Shown here: positions 36,712 through 47,384 of the stretch, in pieces | Numbering within the stretch: position 1 is the stretch's first letter | Layout: each line of letters opens with the position of its first letter | Assembly (NCBI GenBank): GCA_043821645.1 | Contig: JBDRCO010000130.1 | Location: forward strand, 1 to 55,972 | Direction of reading: 5' to 3' | DNA length: 55,972 nt | DNA from: Pseudomonadota bacterium | GTDB taxonomy: Bacteria; Myxococcota; JACRCW01; JAFGSX01 | Notes under the pieces: model-generated | Databases searched by the model: none | What the model was told of the DNA's origin: nothing | The model's input: only the letters and a program-made list of their open reading frames with translations | Translations under genes and position numbers: made by a program

Positions 36712-39700
36712 GTGCGTACCATCTCCAGAACCGCATCCTGGGCCAACCCGGCCATGGCTCTGATCGCCTTCGTCGTCACGGCCTGCCCGGACACCGCGGT
36801 GACCCCGGGCAGCGACGCGGGCCCCCGCTTCGACGCCGCGCCCATCGACACCCAGGTTGGCGACGTGACGGTGGTGGATGCGAGCGGACGCGACAGCGGC
36901 CCGGGTCTGGACACCCAGCCCGGCGTGGATCACCGGGTCGACAACCCCGATCCCAACCGCAATGACAACGACACCCGCGACTCGGACTGCGACGGCCTCA
37001 GCGACGCCGAGGAGTACGGCAACATCTACGGCGGCGGCGGCCAGACCCAGCCCGGGACCTCGGACAGCGACGGCGACGGCATCCTCGATGGCGTCGAGGT
37101 GGGGCGAACGTCCTCGGTGGACGCCCGCTGCACCATGTTCGTCGGCGACCAGGACACCACCACCACGACCGATCCCACCCGCGCAGACAGCGATGGCGAC
37201 GGCCTGAGCGACGGCCAGGAGGACAGCAACCGCAACGGGCGCCGCGACCCCGGCGAGCTGGACCCGCGCGATCCAGACACCGACGACGACGGCCTGTGCG
37301 ACGGGCCCACCAGCGTGCTGCCGATCTGCACCGGTGGCGACCCGGACCCCTTCAGCGACGTGCAGGACACGGACCAGGACGGCGTGCCGGACACGGTCGA
37401 CACGGCCCCCACCAATCCGGATCGCGATGGCGATGGTCTGTGCGACGGCCCGCGCAGCGTGGCCGGGGTGTGCCAGGCGGGCGAGGACCTCAACGGTGAC
37501 GGCGTGCTCGGCGCCGGTGAGACCGATCCCGATCGCGTCGACACGGACTGCGACGGCCTGAGCGACGACCGCGAGCGCGCCCTGGGGCTCAACCCGCGCA
37601 AGAAGGACACCGACGGCGACCTCATCCCCGATGGTATCGAGGCGGGCATGGCGCAGAACCCCGACGCCACCAACTGCACGAGTTTTGTGGCGGACGCGGA
37701 CCCCGCCACCACGACCGACGGCAGCAGCGTCGACAGCGATGGCGACGGCATCAACGATGGCATCGAGGACGCCAACCGCAATGGGCGCGTGGACACCGGC
37801 GAGACCGACCCCAACAATCCGGACACCGATGGCGACGGCATCTGCGACGGCCCGCCCCGCACCATCGCCGGCGTGTGCACGGGCGGCGAGGACCTCAACG
37901 CCAACGGCCACGTGGACCCAGGTGAGACCGACCCGCTGGTCGTGGGCACCGCCGTGGTGGACAGCGACGGCGACGGGCTCAACGACGACATCGAGAACGC
38001 CATCGCCTGCCTCGACGCCAACAACGCGGACAGCGACGGCGACGGCCTACCCGATGGTGTCGAGGACAGCAGCCACGACGGTCGCGTGCAGCCCGGCGAA
38101 ACAGACCCCTGCGACGTGGACAGCGACTGCGATGGCCTGGTCGACGGCGCTTCCTACGGCGCCTACACCGGCGAAGTCACGGTGGGCACCCAGCCCACCA
38201 ATCCCGATACTGACGGTGATGGCCTGGGTGATGGGCTCGAGGTGGGAATCACCGGCGGTGCCATTCCGCCAGGCACCGATCCGACCTGCGGCTTCGTCGC
38301 CGACAGCGATCCCTTGACCAACACCAACCCCAACTCCGCGGACAGCGACAACGACGGCGTGCCCGACGGTGCCGAGGATGCCAACCAGAACGGCCGCGTC
38401 GATTGTGCCGACGGCAGCGCCCCCCCGGGTGGCAACCTGACCAACTGCCCGGGCGGGCTCACCGAGCTGAACCCCAACGACAACAGCGACACCGGCGGGC
38501 CGGTGATCGCGGCCTGTGGCACGGCCAGCCTGGTGCCCGTGGACCAGCGCCGGGAGTGGACGCCCGACCTGCAGCTCGCCACTGCCGTACGTGGTGCCGA
38601 CGCCTTTGCCGAGATGGTGCGCATCGACGACACCTCGGGTTCGAGTCCCCGTGCCGTGGGCCTGGCGGGCTACAACCCCGACGCGGCCATTGGCTACGTG
38701 GTGCTGGTCAAGACTCCTGCCGGGGGGACCGCCGCGGCCGAGGAGACGGATGCGCGCAACCGGCTCGCGCAGTCCGGCGCCCTCAGCGCGCCCATCACCT
38801 TCCCCTTCACCAGCTGGGACGGCTACTCCGGGATCCGTGGCTCCTACGCCCAGTCTGCGACCCGCGGCGTCAAGGCCCAGGTCAATGACATCGTGCACCG
38901 CTTCTTCCCCACCACCTCAACTCTGCTGAGCACAGCTGGGGACGTCTCGCCCAGCGGCGGCTACCAGGTGCGCGCCGAGTACCTGCGGCGATCGAACAAC
39001 GTGGCGGTGGTGCTCATCGCCATCATCCCTGACAATCGCAACACCGGGCGCGCCTTCTTCACTCTCGACGACACCGCCAATGGCAGCGCCCTGGCGCAGT
39101 ATGGCGACACCGTGGGCGTGCAGTGCGACCGCTTCGTGTCCCAAGGCTTTGCCAACGTCGACTTCCTGTGGGCGGTGGACAACTCGGGCTCCATGGACGA
39201 CGACCAGGCCGCGGTGGCCTCGTTCGGCACCGAGATGGGCAGCATCCTCAACGGCTCCACCATGGACTGGCGCGTGGCCCTGGTGACCTCGGAGTTCCAC
39301 GAGAACCAGAGCGCCGCTTGCCAGAACACGCAGACCAGCCCCTGCCGTAACTTCACGACAAACCCGGCGGAATTCACACGCTGGTTCACCGACGGCGATA
39401 GCGCGTGGATCACCGTCGACGGTTCGGGCACCGAGGCCGCCATGTACGGCGCCCAGCTGTACATTCGCGATCGGCTGTCTCCGACGACCACGGCGACACC
39501 GCCCCCCAACGACAAGATCCGCCGCGGCGCCTATCTCGTGATCATTGTGCTCACCGATGCCGAGGATCAGCGCACGGGCTACACCAGCTCTTCGGGCAGA
39601 CTGACCAACATCAACGACTACACCGCCTTCTTCACCGACTACGACCCCGCAGTGGTCGGCAACCAGACCGCAACCCTGGGCGGCATCCTGTGCGCGCCGG

Positions 39701-40746
39701 GCCAGACCTCGGGCTGCGACCCCACCGAGCCCTACTCGTCCAACCCCGTCATCCACACCACCATCCAGAACCTCGGTGGCGTCATCGGCGACCTCAAGGA
39801 CACTGCGACCATCCGCCCGACCATCCTGCAGATCCTGGCCAACGTGGCCGGTGCCACCAGCCCTTACGTGCTGACCAAGCCCGCGATCTCGTCGACGGTG
39901 AAGGTGGCCCTGGCGCACAACTCGACCACCGGTACGTGCAACTGGGACGACGTGCCCCGAGATCGCAGCAACGGCTTCGACTACGATCCCCTGAGCGGCA
40001 CCATCGTGTTCTATGGCAACTGCCGACCCGATCCGGCCCAGCCCGGAAGCCCGGTGGTGGTGTCCTATCGCTACTGGACGGACCGCACGCCCGATCCCGA
40101 CGGCCCATCCACGGGCTGCGACTGCACACCTCCCGAGCAGTGCGATCCGGTGACTCTCGAGTGCTACTGCCCGCCGGACTGCGGCGTGGGCACGGTGCCC
40201 CCTGAGCAAGTCTGCGACACCACCACGTGCCAGCTCGGTTGCCGGCCTGACTGCGGCGCCAGCTGCCCGGGCAACTCGGTGTGCAACGCCTCGCCATCGG
40301 TATGCGCCTGCGAGTGTCCTCAGGACTGCGGTGGGGCACCGCCGAGCGGGAACTTCGTGTGCGACCGCTCGACGACGAGCCAGACCTATTGCGAGTACGT
40401 GTGCACCCAGTGCCCCGGCACACCTACCAATCCCACGATGACCTGCAACCCCAGCACCTGCACCTGGACCTGCCCCGCCTGCGGCAACTGCCCGGGTCTA
40501 TCGACCTGCAGCCAGCAGACCTGTGCCTGCGAGTGCAGCCAGAGCCTGAGCTGCGGACCCGGCTATCGCTGGGACGCGACGGCCTGCGACTGCGTCTGCG
40601 ACACCACCAGCCTGGGCTGCGGTGCGAACTTCTTGCCCGAACCTGGCCTGTGCGCCTGTGTCTGCGGCAGCAACTGCAACGATCAGTGCGTGGGCAGCCT
40701 GCGCTGCAACCAGAGCCTGTGCGCCTGCGTGCCTATAGGCGGCTGA
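36712..40746 (+). CDS. cglD: Adventurous gliding motility lipoprotein CglD-like (TSP3-type Ca-binding repeats, VWA, Cys-rich tail)
   Basis: GTG after GGAGG, lipobox VVTAC. DSDCDGLSDAEE start and about 20 Dx(D/N)x(D/N)G repeats. MIDAS VDNSGSM...GTE...TDAED. EGF-like Cys-rich C-terminus. Confidence 0.82.
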   Translation: MRTISRTASWANPAMALIAFVVTACPDTAVTPGSDAGPRFDAAPIDTQVGDVTVVDASGRDSGPGLDTQPGVDHRVDNPDPNRNDNDTRDSDCDGLSDAEEYGNIYGGGGQTQPGTSDSDGDGILDGVEVGRTSSVDARCTMFVGDQDTTTTTDPTRADSDGDGLSDGQEDSNRNGRRDPGELDPRDPDTDDDGLCDGPTSVLPICTGGDPDPFSDVQDTDQDGVPDTVDTAPTNPDRDGDGLCDGPRSVAGVCQAGEDLNGDGVLGAGETDPDRVDTDCDGLSDDRERALGLNPRKKDTDGDLIPDGIEAGMAQNPDATNCTSFVADADPATTTDGSSVDSDGDGINDGIEDANRNGRVDTGETDPNNPDTDGDGICDGPPRTIAGVCTGGEDLNANGHVDPGETDPLVVGTAVVDSDGDGLNDDIENAIACLDANNADSDGDGLPDGVEDSSHDGRVQPGETDPCDVDSDCDGLVDGASYGAYTGEVTVGTQPTNPDTDGDGLGDGLEVGITGGAIPPGTDPTCGFVADSDPLTNTNPNSADSDNDGVPDGAEDANQNGRVDCADGSAPPGGNLTNCPGGLTELNPNDNSDTGGPVIAACGTASLVPVDQRREWTPDLQLATAVRGADAFAEMVRIDDTSGSSPRAVGLAGYNPDAAIGYVVLVKTPAGGTAAAEETDARNRLAQSGALSAPITFPFTSWDGYSGIRGSYAQSATRGVKAQVNDIVHRFFPTTSTLLSTAGDVSPSGGYQVRAEYLRRSNNVAVVLIAIIPDNRNTGRAFFTLDDTANGSALAQYGDTVGVQCDRFVSQGFANVDFLWAVDNSGSMDDDQAAVASFGTEMGSILNGSTMDWRVALVTSEFHENQSAACQNTQTSPCRNFTTNPAEFTRWFTDGDSAWITVDGSGTEAAMYGAQLYIRDRLSPTTTATPPPNDKIRRGAYLVIIVLTDAEDQRTGYTSSSGRLTNINDYTAFFTDYDPAVVGNQTATLGGILCAPGQTSGCDPTEPYSSNPVIHTTIQNLGGVIGDLKDTATIRPTILQILANVAGATSPYVLTKPAISSTVKVALAHNSTTGTCNWDDVPRDRSNGFDYDPLSGTIVFYGNCRPDPAQPGSPVVVSYRYWTDRTPDPDGPSTGCDCTPPEQCDPVTLECYCPPDCGVGTVPPEQVCDTTTCQLGCRPDCGASCPGNSVCNASPSVCACECPQDCGGAPPSGNFVCDRSTTSQTYCEYVCTQCPGTPTNPTMTCNPSTCTWTCPACGNCPGLSTCSQQTCACECSQSLSCGPGYRWDATACDCVCDTTSLGCGANFLPEPGLCACVCGSNCNDQCVGSLRCNQSLCACVPIGG

Positions 40747-40771
40747 CGAAGGTGGTGAGGGGCGCTAGATT
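40743..40771 (+). promoter_or_regulatory. Putative promoter for the CDF transporter operon
   Basis: CTGACG-17 bp-TAGATT, with an ATG 6 nt downstream (40778). Confidence 0.45.
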
Positions 40772-40797
40772 CCTGGCATGGATGTGAGCCCCACCCC

Positions 40798-41622
40798 GTG
40801 ATCGCTGGAACCCAGACCTCCGAGACTCTCGCCACCTGGCACCACCGCGCCTGGCTGCTGGCCTGGGCCACCATCCTGTACAACGTGCTCGAGGGGCTGG
40901 TCGCCATGGGCTTCGGCGTGGCCGAGGAATCGGTGGCGCTGTTCGGCTTTGGCGTCGACAGCTTCATCGAGGTGGCCTCTGCCTTGCTCGTGCTGTGGCG
41001 CCTGCGCGCCGAGGACGGCGAGGGCGAGGCCTTGTCTCTGGCGCGCGAGCGCCGGGCGACCCAGGCTATTGGCACTTTGCTGGTGGTGCTGGCCGCAGGC
41101 ACCGTCGTCGCGGCGGCCCTGCAGCTGGGTGCGCGCAGCCACCCGACGACCACCTTGCCGGGAATGGTCATCGCCCTGGTCAGCCTGAGCTTCATGTTCG
41201 CCCTGTGGTGGGCCAAGCGTCAGGCCGCGCGGATTCTCGACAGCTCCACCCTGGCCCAGGATGCCGCCTGCTCCCTGGCCTGCATACAGCTCTCGTCCGT
41301 GCTGCTGCTGGGCAGTCTCCTGTTCGCGCTGTCGCCCGCGCTGTGGTGGGCCGACGCCGTGGCTGCCCTGGCCCTGGCCCTGCTCATTGCCCGTGAGGGC
41401 GTGGGAGCCGTGCGCGCAGCGAGGCGTGAGGATTTCAGTGGGGGTTGTGGTTGCGCCCCGGCACAGCTCGGTGCGACTCGCCAGGCTGTGACAGCAGGCT
41501 GCGGTTGTGGACCTGGCGATTCCTGCCAGGGTGCGACCCAGGACGACGCGACGGCAGGGAAGAGCGAAGGCAACGAGGCCTGCTGCGGCGGCGCGACCTG
41601 CGACTGCCACCACGAGCGCTGA
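40798..41622 (+). CDS. Cation diffusion facilitator-type transporter lacking CTD, with Cys/His-rich tail
   Basis: TILYNVLEG, SVALFGFGVDSFIE, LAQDA, WWADAVAAL. Six TM segments; tail with 9 Cys plus HH. Confidence 0.85.
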   Translation: MIAGTQTSETLATWHHRAWLLAWATILYNVLEGLVAMGFGVAEESVALFGFGVDSFIEVASALLVLWRLRAEDGEGEALSLARERRATQAIGTLLVVLAAGTVVAAALQLGARSHPTTTLPGMVIALVSLSFMFALWWAKRQAARILDSSTLAQDAACSLACIQLSSVLLLGSLLFALSPALWWADAVAALALALLIAREGVGAVRAARREDFSGGCGCAPAQLGATRQAVTAGCGCGPGDSCQGATQDDATAGKSEGNEACCGGATCDCHHER

Positions 41623-41644
41623 GCGCGCCCGCGACGGAGCTGCG

Positions 41645-42100
41645 GTGACCACCAGCCTGGTGCGAAGGCTCTGGATCCTCTCGGTCACGGGGCTGCCTTA
41701 TGCCCTGTACAAGTTCGGCGGCGGCCTGGCCGCGAGCACGGACCTGCACCCTGTGCTCGGCTCCATGATCATGGGCTGGGGTGTGCTGGACCTCGGACTC
41801 AACCTGGGCTGGGCCCTGGCACCCGCCAGGATCTCTCCCTGCGCCGCGTCAGCGGTGGGCCGCATGCTGGACAGAAGCGGCCAGCGGGACCTCGAGACCC
41901 TGGGCCTAGCCGTGGATACCCTGCTCGCGTTCGCCATCGTGTCGACCATGATCTGGTTCGGCCGCTCGGCCAGCCTGCCCCCTCCCCTGCCCATGGTGTG
42001 GAAGGTCGCGGTCATCGCCAGCATCCTGGGCGCGGGCATAGAACGTGTCTGGGGCTGGCTGCGACAGCGCCAAGGAGCGCCTGCGGGGCCCCTGGCGTGA
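41645..42100 (+). CDS. Hypothetical integral membrane protein
   Basis: GTG after GGAG. About 4 hydrophobic segments (VTTSLVRRLWILSVTGLPYALYKFGGG...). Confidence 0.7.
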   Translation: MTTSLVRRLWILSVTGLPYALYKFGGGLAASTDLHPVLGSMIMGWGVLDLGLNLGWALAPARISPCAASAVGRMLDRSGQRDLETLGLAVDTLLAFAIVSTMIWFGRSASLPPPLPMVWKVAVIASILGAGIERVWGWLRQRQGAPAGPLA

Positions 42101-42557
42101 CAACGGAGAGCCCTCCCCCGACGCTGCGCGCCTGGACGCTGGGTACCTGCACCATCCTCGTCGCTGTGCTGGGAACGCTGACTCTTTATTGGCTCGTCCG
42201 CGACCTGCCCTGGCCTGGACGCAGCCGCCTGGTCCTCGGGCTCGCGCTCCTCGTGCCCGTGTTGCTGGTGGCAGTGCAGTTCCTGGTCAAGCTGCGCATC
42301 GGCATCCGCAAGCCCTGGATGGCGCTGACCTACTGGGCACTGTGGCAATCCACGCTGACCTTTACCGTGCTCGCCCTGGTGCTGCGCCATGCCGGGGCTG
42401 CGCGTCTTCCCCTGGCCCTGCTGGTGCTGGCGGCGCAGCTCACGCCCCTGCTGCTCGCCGTGCCGCAGTGCCTGCAGCGCTGGCGCACCTGGGCCCTGGC
42501 GGGGCTGGTGACCGTCCTGACCTGGGCGACCCAGCTCGCGGTGCTGCTGGCGATGGG

Positions 42558-42561
<4 letters not shown>
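42097..42561 (+). CDS. Hypothetical integral membrane protein
   Basis: GTGA overlap with the previous gene. About 5 TM segments. Confidence 0.7.
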
Positions 42562-43958
<1,397 letters not shown>

Positions 43959-44039
43959 GTCGCTGTTATAGCCCCACGCTCGACAGCCGACCAGCGCGCC
44001 GCAGTTTGTGGGACCGTGCCATCGTGCTACACAGCGAGG
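43959..44039. promoter_or_regulatory. Back-to-back putative leaderless promoters
   Basis: Minus TATAAC (43965-43970) is 6 nt before ATG 43958. Plus TGc-TACACA (44025-44033) is 6 nt before ATG 44040. Confidence 0.5.
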
Positions 44040-44456
44040 ATGTCGACCCTGTACCTCGACGGAACGGAACATCGGATCGAGCTGGCCCTTGGTCACTCGC
44101 TGCTCGACGCCATCATGAGCGCGCCGCACCCCATCGCCACGGCCTGTGGCGGGCTCGCTGCGTGCGGCCTGTGCCGACTCGAGGTGCTCGAGGGGATGCA
44201 CAACCTTCGGGAGGTCGGTCCGCGCGAGGTCGAGCACCTGGGCAATCTGCTGGTGGAACGTGGCTGGCGTCTGGCATGCCAGTCGCGCCTGATCCACGAT
44301 GGCGACGTGCGTGTGCGCGTACCGCCCGTGGTGGACATCGCCGCACGCAAGCAAGCCAAGCTCACCGAGCAGCTCCGCCAGCGCCACCGTGAAAAGGCCG
44401 CGGCCGCTGCCAGCCGGAACAGCCGGGGTTCTGGCCAGGGCGGACGAAGGCGCTGA
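44040..44456 (+). CDS. 2Fe-2S ferredoxin-domain protein with basic C-terminal extension
   Basis: CGGLAACGLC...RLACQ. This is the real part of the long ORF 42045..44456. Confidence 0.9.
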   Translation: MSTLYLDGTEHRIELALGHSLLDAIMSAPHPIATACGGLAACGLCRLEVLEGMHNLREVGPREVEHLGNLLVERGWRLACQSRLIHDGDVRVRVPPVVDIAARKQAKLTEQLRQRHREKAAAAASRNSRGSGQGGRRR

Positions 44457-44457
44457 C

Positions 44458-45420
44458 ATGACGTCCATGCAGACAGTGCTGCAGACCTTGTCCCCGGCGC
44501 TCCGCGAGCGAGCGCAGCCCGGTGTACCGCTCGCCGAGCACACCACCTACCGGGTGGGAGGACCCGCCGCGCTCTGGATCGAGCCCGCCTCCGACGACGA
44601 GGTGCTGGCGATCTGCCAGGCCTGTGCAACCTGCGACGCGCCCCTGGCGCTCATCGGCAATGGCAGCAACATCATCGCCCCGGACCAGGGTCTCGACGCT
44701 GTACTGCTCAAGCTCGGCGGCGCGTTTGCCCGCATCGTCGACCTCGACGATGACCACCTCTACGTCGAAGCGGGTGCCGTTCTGGGCCGCGTATCGGAAC
44801 ATGCCCAGGCACTCGGGCGCAGTGGCCTCGAGTGGATGATCGACATCCCGGGCTCGCTGGGCGGTGCCGTGCTCATGAACGCCGGCAACAACGAGGGCGA
44901 GATGCGAGCCGTGGTCGAGCGGGTGCGCTTGCTCGACGATCAGGGCGTGCTGCGCGAGCTGCCGGTGGCGGACTGCGACCTGTCCTACCGCCACAGCCGC
45001 TTCAAGGAGCGCGGCGAGATCGTGCTGGGCGCGGTGCTCAAGCTAGGGCCTGCCGACGACAGCGCGGCCATAGCGGCGCGCATGCAGCACCAGAAGTCCA
45101 TGCGCTGGGGCAAGTTCCCCATGGAGTTCCCCAACGCGGGCAGCGTGTTCAAGCGGCCTCCTGGCCACTACGCCGGCAAACTGATCCAGGACGCTGGGCT
45201 CATGGGACTGCGCGTGGGTGACGCCGAGGTCTCGACCAAACATGCAGGCTTCATCATCAACCGCGGCCAGGCCACCGCTTCCGACATCCTGAGCCTCATC
45301 GCCGAGGTGCAGGCCCGGGTTCGCGACATGTCTGGGGTGCAACTCGAGCCCGAGCAGATCGCCCTGCGTGCCAGGGTCCCGGCGGCCTTCAGATCCCGAA
45401 CAGCTCCCGAGCGTCCATAG
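44458..45420 (+). CDS. murB: UDP-N-acetylenolpyruvoylglucosamine reductase
   Basis: HTTYRVGGPA, GNGSN, IPGSLGGAVLMNAG, YRHSRF, NAGSVFKRP, VSTKHAGFIIN. Confidence 0.96.
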   Translation: MTSMQTVLQTLSPALRERAQPGVPLAEHTTYRVGGPAALWIEPASDDEVLAICQACATCDAPLALIGNGSNIIAPDQGLDAVLLKLGGAFARIVDLDDDHLYVEAGAVLGRVSEHAQALGRSGLEWMIDIPGSLGGAVLMNAGNNEGEMRAVVERVRLLDDQGVLRELPVADCDLSYRHSRFKERGEIVLGAVLKLGPADDSAAIAARMQHQKSMRWGKFPMEFPNAGSVFKRPPGHYAGKLIQDAGLMGLRVGDAEVSTKHAGFIINRGQATASDILSLIAEVQARVRDMSGVQLEPEQIALRARVPAAFRSRTAPERP

Positions 45421-45444
45421 ACGAAGTGCAGGGGAGGTCCGCTG

Positions 45445-46257
45445 GTGGCGCTGTTCAAGGTCCTTGTCGTCAAGCTCCCGGCCGCCGTACTCGATGGGAT
45501 GGTGGCTCTGCGCCTGCTGACCGAACCCCTGGCCCTGGTGGTGCTGATCCTTCTCGGTGTACACGGCGCCGCCGACCTCTTCGACGACCTGCTATTCACA
45601 GCGGTGGACACCGCCGATCGCGCCGTCGACGCCACGGTTCGCGGAGCCCTCGACGGGCTGGCCGGCATGGACTGGTTGCAGCCCGACACCGCCGCGCGCT
45701 GGGCTGACGACGAGGCCTTGCTCATCGACATCGATCGCAAGGAGGTGCTCGCGGTCAGCCTGACCCTGGTCGCCGAGCTGCTGCTGGACCTGCTGCTGCT
45801 GCTGTGGTGCATGGGCGGTGGTGCCGACGCTTCGACGGTGGTGAGCGGCGCGTCCGTTGACGACTCCCGTCTGATCCGGGGCCTGCGCCGAGCCCGCACC
45901 CGGGCTCCTGGCCTGCTGCGTGCCGCGGCCCTGGTGCTGGCCTTCGTGCTGGGCTCGCTCGCGCTGGGGCGCTGGAGTTCGGGCCGTGTCGCCAGCCTGC
46001 TGGTGGGCCCGGACCTGGGCGAGGCCATAGGCGACGTCGCGCGCTTCGCGGGTGTGCTGGTCATGGGGCTTGCCCTGCTGACCCTGGTGCCCGTGGTACA
46101 GCGACGTGCCCTGGCCCGCGCCGAGGCCACCACCGGAGCGCGCTGGCTGCGCGCCCTGGTGCTGCCGACCCTGGTCATCGCCTTGTTGGTCGCCGAGCTC
46201 ACCTCGGGCAGCTCGGCCCGTGGCCTGTGGTCCCTGGTTGGCGGAGGCGCGGCATGA
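45445..46257 (+). CDS. Hypothetical membrane protein
   Basis: Multiple hydrophobic segments. ATGA overlap with the downstream M23 gene. Confidence 0.7.
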   Translation: MALFKVLVVKLPAAVLDGMVALRLLTEPLALVVLILLGVHGAADLFDDLLFTAVDTADRAVDATVRGALDGLAGMDWLQPDTAARWADDEALLIDIDRKEVLAVSLTLVAELLLDLLLLLWCMGGGADASTVVSGASVDDSRLIRGLRRARTRAPGLLRAAALVLAFVLGSLALGRWSSGRVASLLVGPDLGEAIGDVARFAGVLVMGLALLTLVPVVQRRALARAEATTGARWLRALVLPTLVIALLVAELTSGSSARGLWSLVGGGAA

Positions 46258-47384
46258 GCGCCGTGCAACGCCTGGGAGCGCGCCTGCGCGCACTCGTGGT
46301 CACGGGCCTGGCCGTGCTCGGCGGGCTGGCCCTGGTGCAGGCCACGCCCCTGGGACCCCTGGCACGCATGGCCGTCGGCAAGGCCAGGGGCCAGAGCTAC
46401 CGCGGACCCTCTCCCCTCGCCAGCTACCGCGGGGAGGGCGGCCGCCAGTATGGCTTCTTGCTCCCTGCCGACGAGAAGGCCGTGGCCTTCATCGCCGCCG
46501 CCACCAGCTGCGTTCCCGTGGATACCTTGCTGCAGGTGGCGCGCGCGGCCGACGTGGACGCCGCCAACCTGCGCGCCCTGGTCGACGCCCATGCGGTGGC
46601 CGGCTCCGACCCCTGCCGCGTGCAGCTCCCCGCCCCCCTCGAGGGCCAGGCCATCGAGCTGCTGCCCCAGGGCACCCACCGCGAGCAGCTGCGCTCGGAT
46701 CCCGAGCTGGCCGCGCGCGGTCTGGCACGCGTACTGGCGTCGCGACGCAGCACCTTTGCCAGCGAGAACGATCCCGATGGCCTCGCCCTCGAGGCCACCT
46801 TGCTCGGCAGCGAGGCCGTGCAGGCCGCGCTCACCGTGGCCAGGGCGGCGGGGCTGGCCAATGCCGCGGACTTCGAGGCCCACCGACAGTACCTGCCTGC
46901 CGAGGCGTCAGCGCTGGCGGACGCGGCCGTGGCCGTGCTGGCGCGCGCGCGCCTGGGTCGCATGCTGTGGCCGGTGGACAGCCACTTTCGCATCACCAGT
47001 CCCTTCGGTGATCGCATGCACCCCGTGCTCAAGGTCAGCAAGTTCCACAACGGCGTGGACGTGGCGGTGCCCGTGGGCACACCCGTGCACGCCACCCTCG
47101 ACGGCGAGGTGACCCGCGCGGCCTCGGACAACGTGTCCGGTCGCTACCTACGAGTGTCCCACGGCCTGGGCATCGAGGCCGTTTACTGCCACCTGGACAG
47201 GGCCCTGGTCGACGCGCCGCTGGCCGTGCACCTCGGCGACGACCTGGCGCGCTCGGGCAACACCGGGCGCTCCACCGGTCCGCACCTGCACTTCACCCTG
47301 CGCCTGTACGGCCAGCCCATCGATCCTCTGGCCCTGGGTGCGCGTGGCTCGCCCGTGCCACCGGCGGTGGCGGCGACGCCGTGA
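46254..47384 (+). CDS. M23-family metallopeptidase with N-terminal anchor and degenerate SLT-like domain
   Basis: ITSPFGDRMHP, HNGVD, YCHL, SGNTGRSTGPHLHF, PIDP. Confidence 0.9.
   Translation: MSAVQRLGARLRALVVTGLAVLGGLALVQATPLGPLARMAVGKARGQSYRGPSPLASYRGEGGRQYGFLLPADEKAVAFIAAATSCVPVDTLLQVARAADVDAANLRALVDAHAVAGSDPCRVQLPAPLEGQAIELLPQGTHREQLRSDPELAARGLARVLASRRSTFASENDPDGLALEATLLGSEAVQAALTVARAAGLANAADFEAHRQYLPAEASALADAAVAVLARARLGRMLWPVDSHFRITSPFGDRMHPVLKVSKFHNGVDVAVPVGTPVHATLDGEVTRAASDNVSGRYLRVSHGLGIEAVYCHLDRALVDAPLAVHLGDDLARSGNTGRSTGPHLHFTLRLYGQPIDPLALGARGSPVPPAVAATP

Noticed and set aside
36950-38500. Repeated GACAGCGACGGCGACGG sequences as CRISPR or non-coding repeats
   Set aside because: They are in-frame DxDxDG codons of the CglD-like protein, with no constant repeat-spacer structure.
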